From the human T2T-CHM13v2.0 reference genome, Homo sapiens, in the NCBI RefSeq assembly GCF_009914755.1, contig NC_060928.1: DNA of 64,000 nucleotides; one strand, 5' to 3'. Under the pieces are notes generated by a model, which saw only the letters and a list, made by a program, of their open reading frames with translations, was not told where the DNA came from and searched no databases. The translations under genes and the position numbers were made by a program. Shown here one piece after another: positions 63,545 through 64,000 of this stretch; position 1 is the first letter of the stretch; each line of letters opens with the position of its first letter.

Positions 63545-64000
63545 TTTGGTGCCATGACTCAGATCGGGGGACCTCCCTTGGGAGATCAATCCCCTGTCCT
63601 CCTGCTCTTTGCTCCATGAGAAAGATCCACCTACAACCTCAGGTCCTCAGACCGACCAGCCCAAGAAACATCTCACCAATTTCAAATCCGGTAAGTGGCC
63701 TCTTTTTACTCTCTTCTCCAACCTCCCTCATTATCCCTCAACCTCTTTCTCCTTTCAATCTTGGCGCCACACTTCAATCTCTCCTTTCTCTTAATTTCAA
63801 TTCCTTTCATTTTCTGTTAGAGACAAAGGAGACACATTTTATCCATGGACCCAAAACTCCGGCGCCGGTCATGGACTTGGGTAGGCAGCCTTCCCTTGGT
63901 GTTTAATCATTGCAGGGACGCCTCTCTGATTATTCACCCAGGTTTCAGAGGTGTCAGACCACGCAGGGACGTCTGCCTTGGTCCTTCACCCTTAGCGGTA
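63545..64000 (+). mobile_element. HERV-H internal leader (continues beyond the window), with major splice donor CCG|GTAAGT at 63690/63691
   Basis: Contains gggacctcccttgggagatcaatcccc, gaaagatccacctac, ttcaaatccggtaag and ggacccaaaactccggcgccgg. Confidence 0.95.
63547..63564 (+). promoter_or_regulatory. tRNA-His primer binding site
   Basis: tggtgccatgactcagat versus the HERV-H consensus TGGTGCCGTGACTCGGAT, differing by two CpG-type transitions. Confidence 0.92.

Overview
Repeat-dense, AT-rich human genomic DNA; a near-consensus AluYa5 at 14016-14332 identifies the species. I recognise no cellular protein-coding gene, tRNA, rRNA or CRISPR array, and almost all ORF-track entries are L1, Alu or ERV-derived or chance ORFs. 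The main elements are a full-length L1PA4-like LINE-1 (24727-30923, 13-bp TSD, broken ORF1/ORF2, open ORF0), a 5'-intact old L1M (10.9-17.7 kb), three 5'-inverted (twin-primed) L1s, two L1s with short 3' transductions, many solo LTRs and DNA transposons, and the 5' end of an HERV-H provirus (LTR7, His PBS, splice donor) at the right edge. I cannot support a new multi-gene system. The most unusual signals are: (1) a ~200-bp non-L1 segment inserted cleanly into an L1 (32270-32472) whose homologue lies 16 kb away, split by a later LTR; (2) an L1 with both a 5' inversion and a two-tier 3' transduction; (3) a 17-bp triplication in the ZNF93-target region of the L1 5'UTR; (4) a short LTR7 lacking the SOX2/3 block; and (5) two micro-inversions. 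Subfamily names come from my recall of consensus sequences and should be confirmed with RepeatMasker/Dfam.
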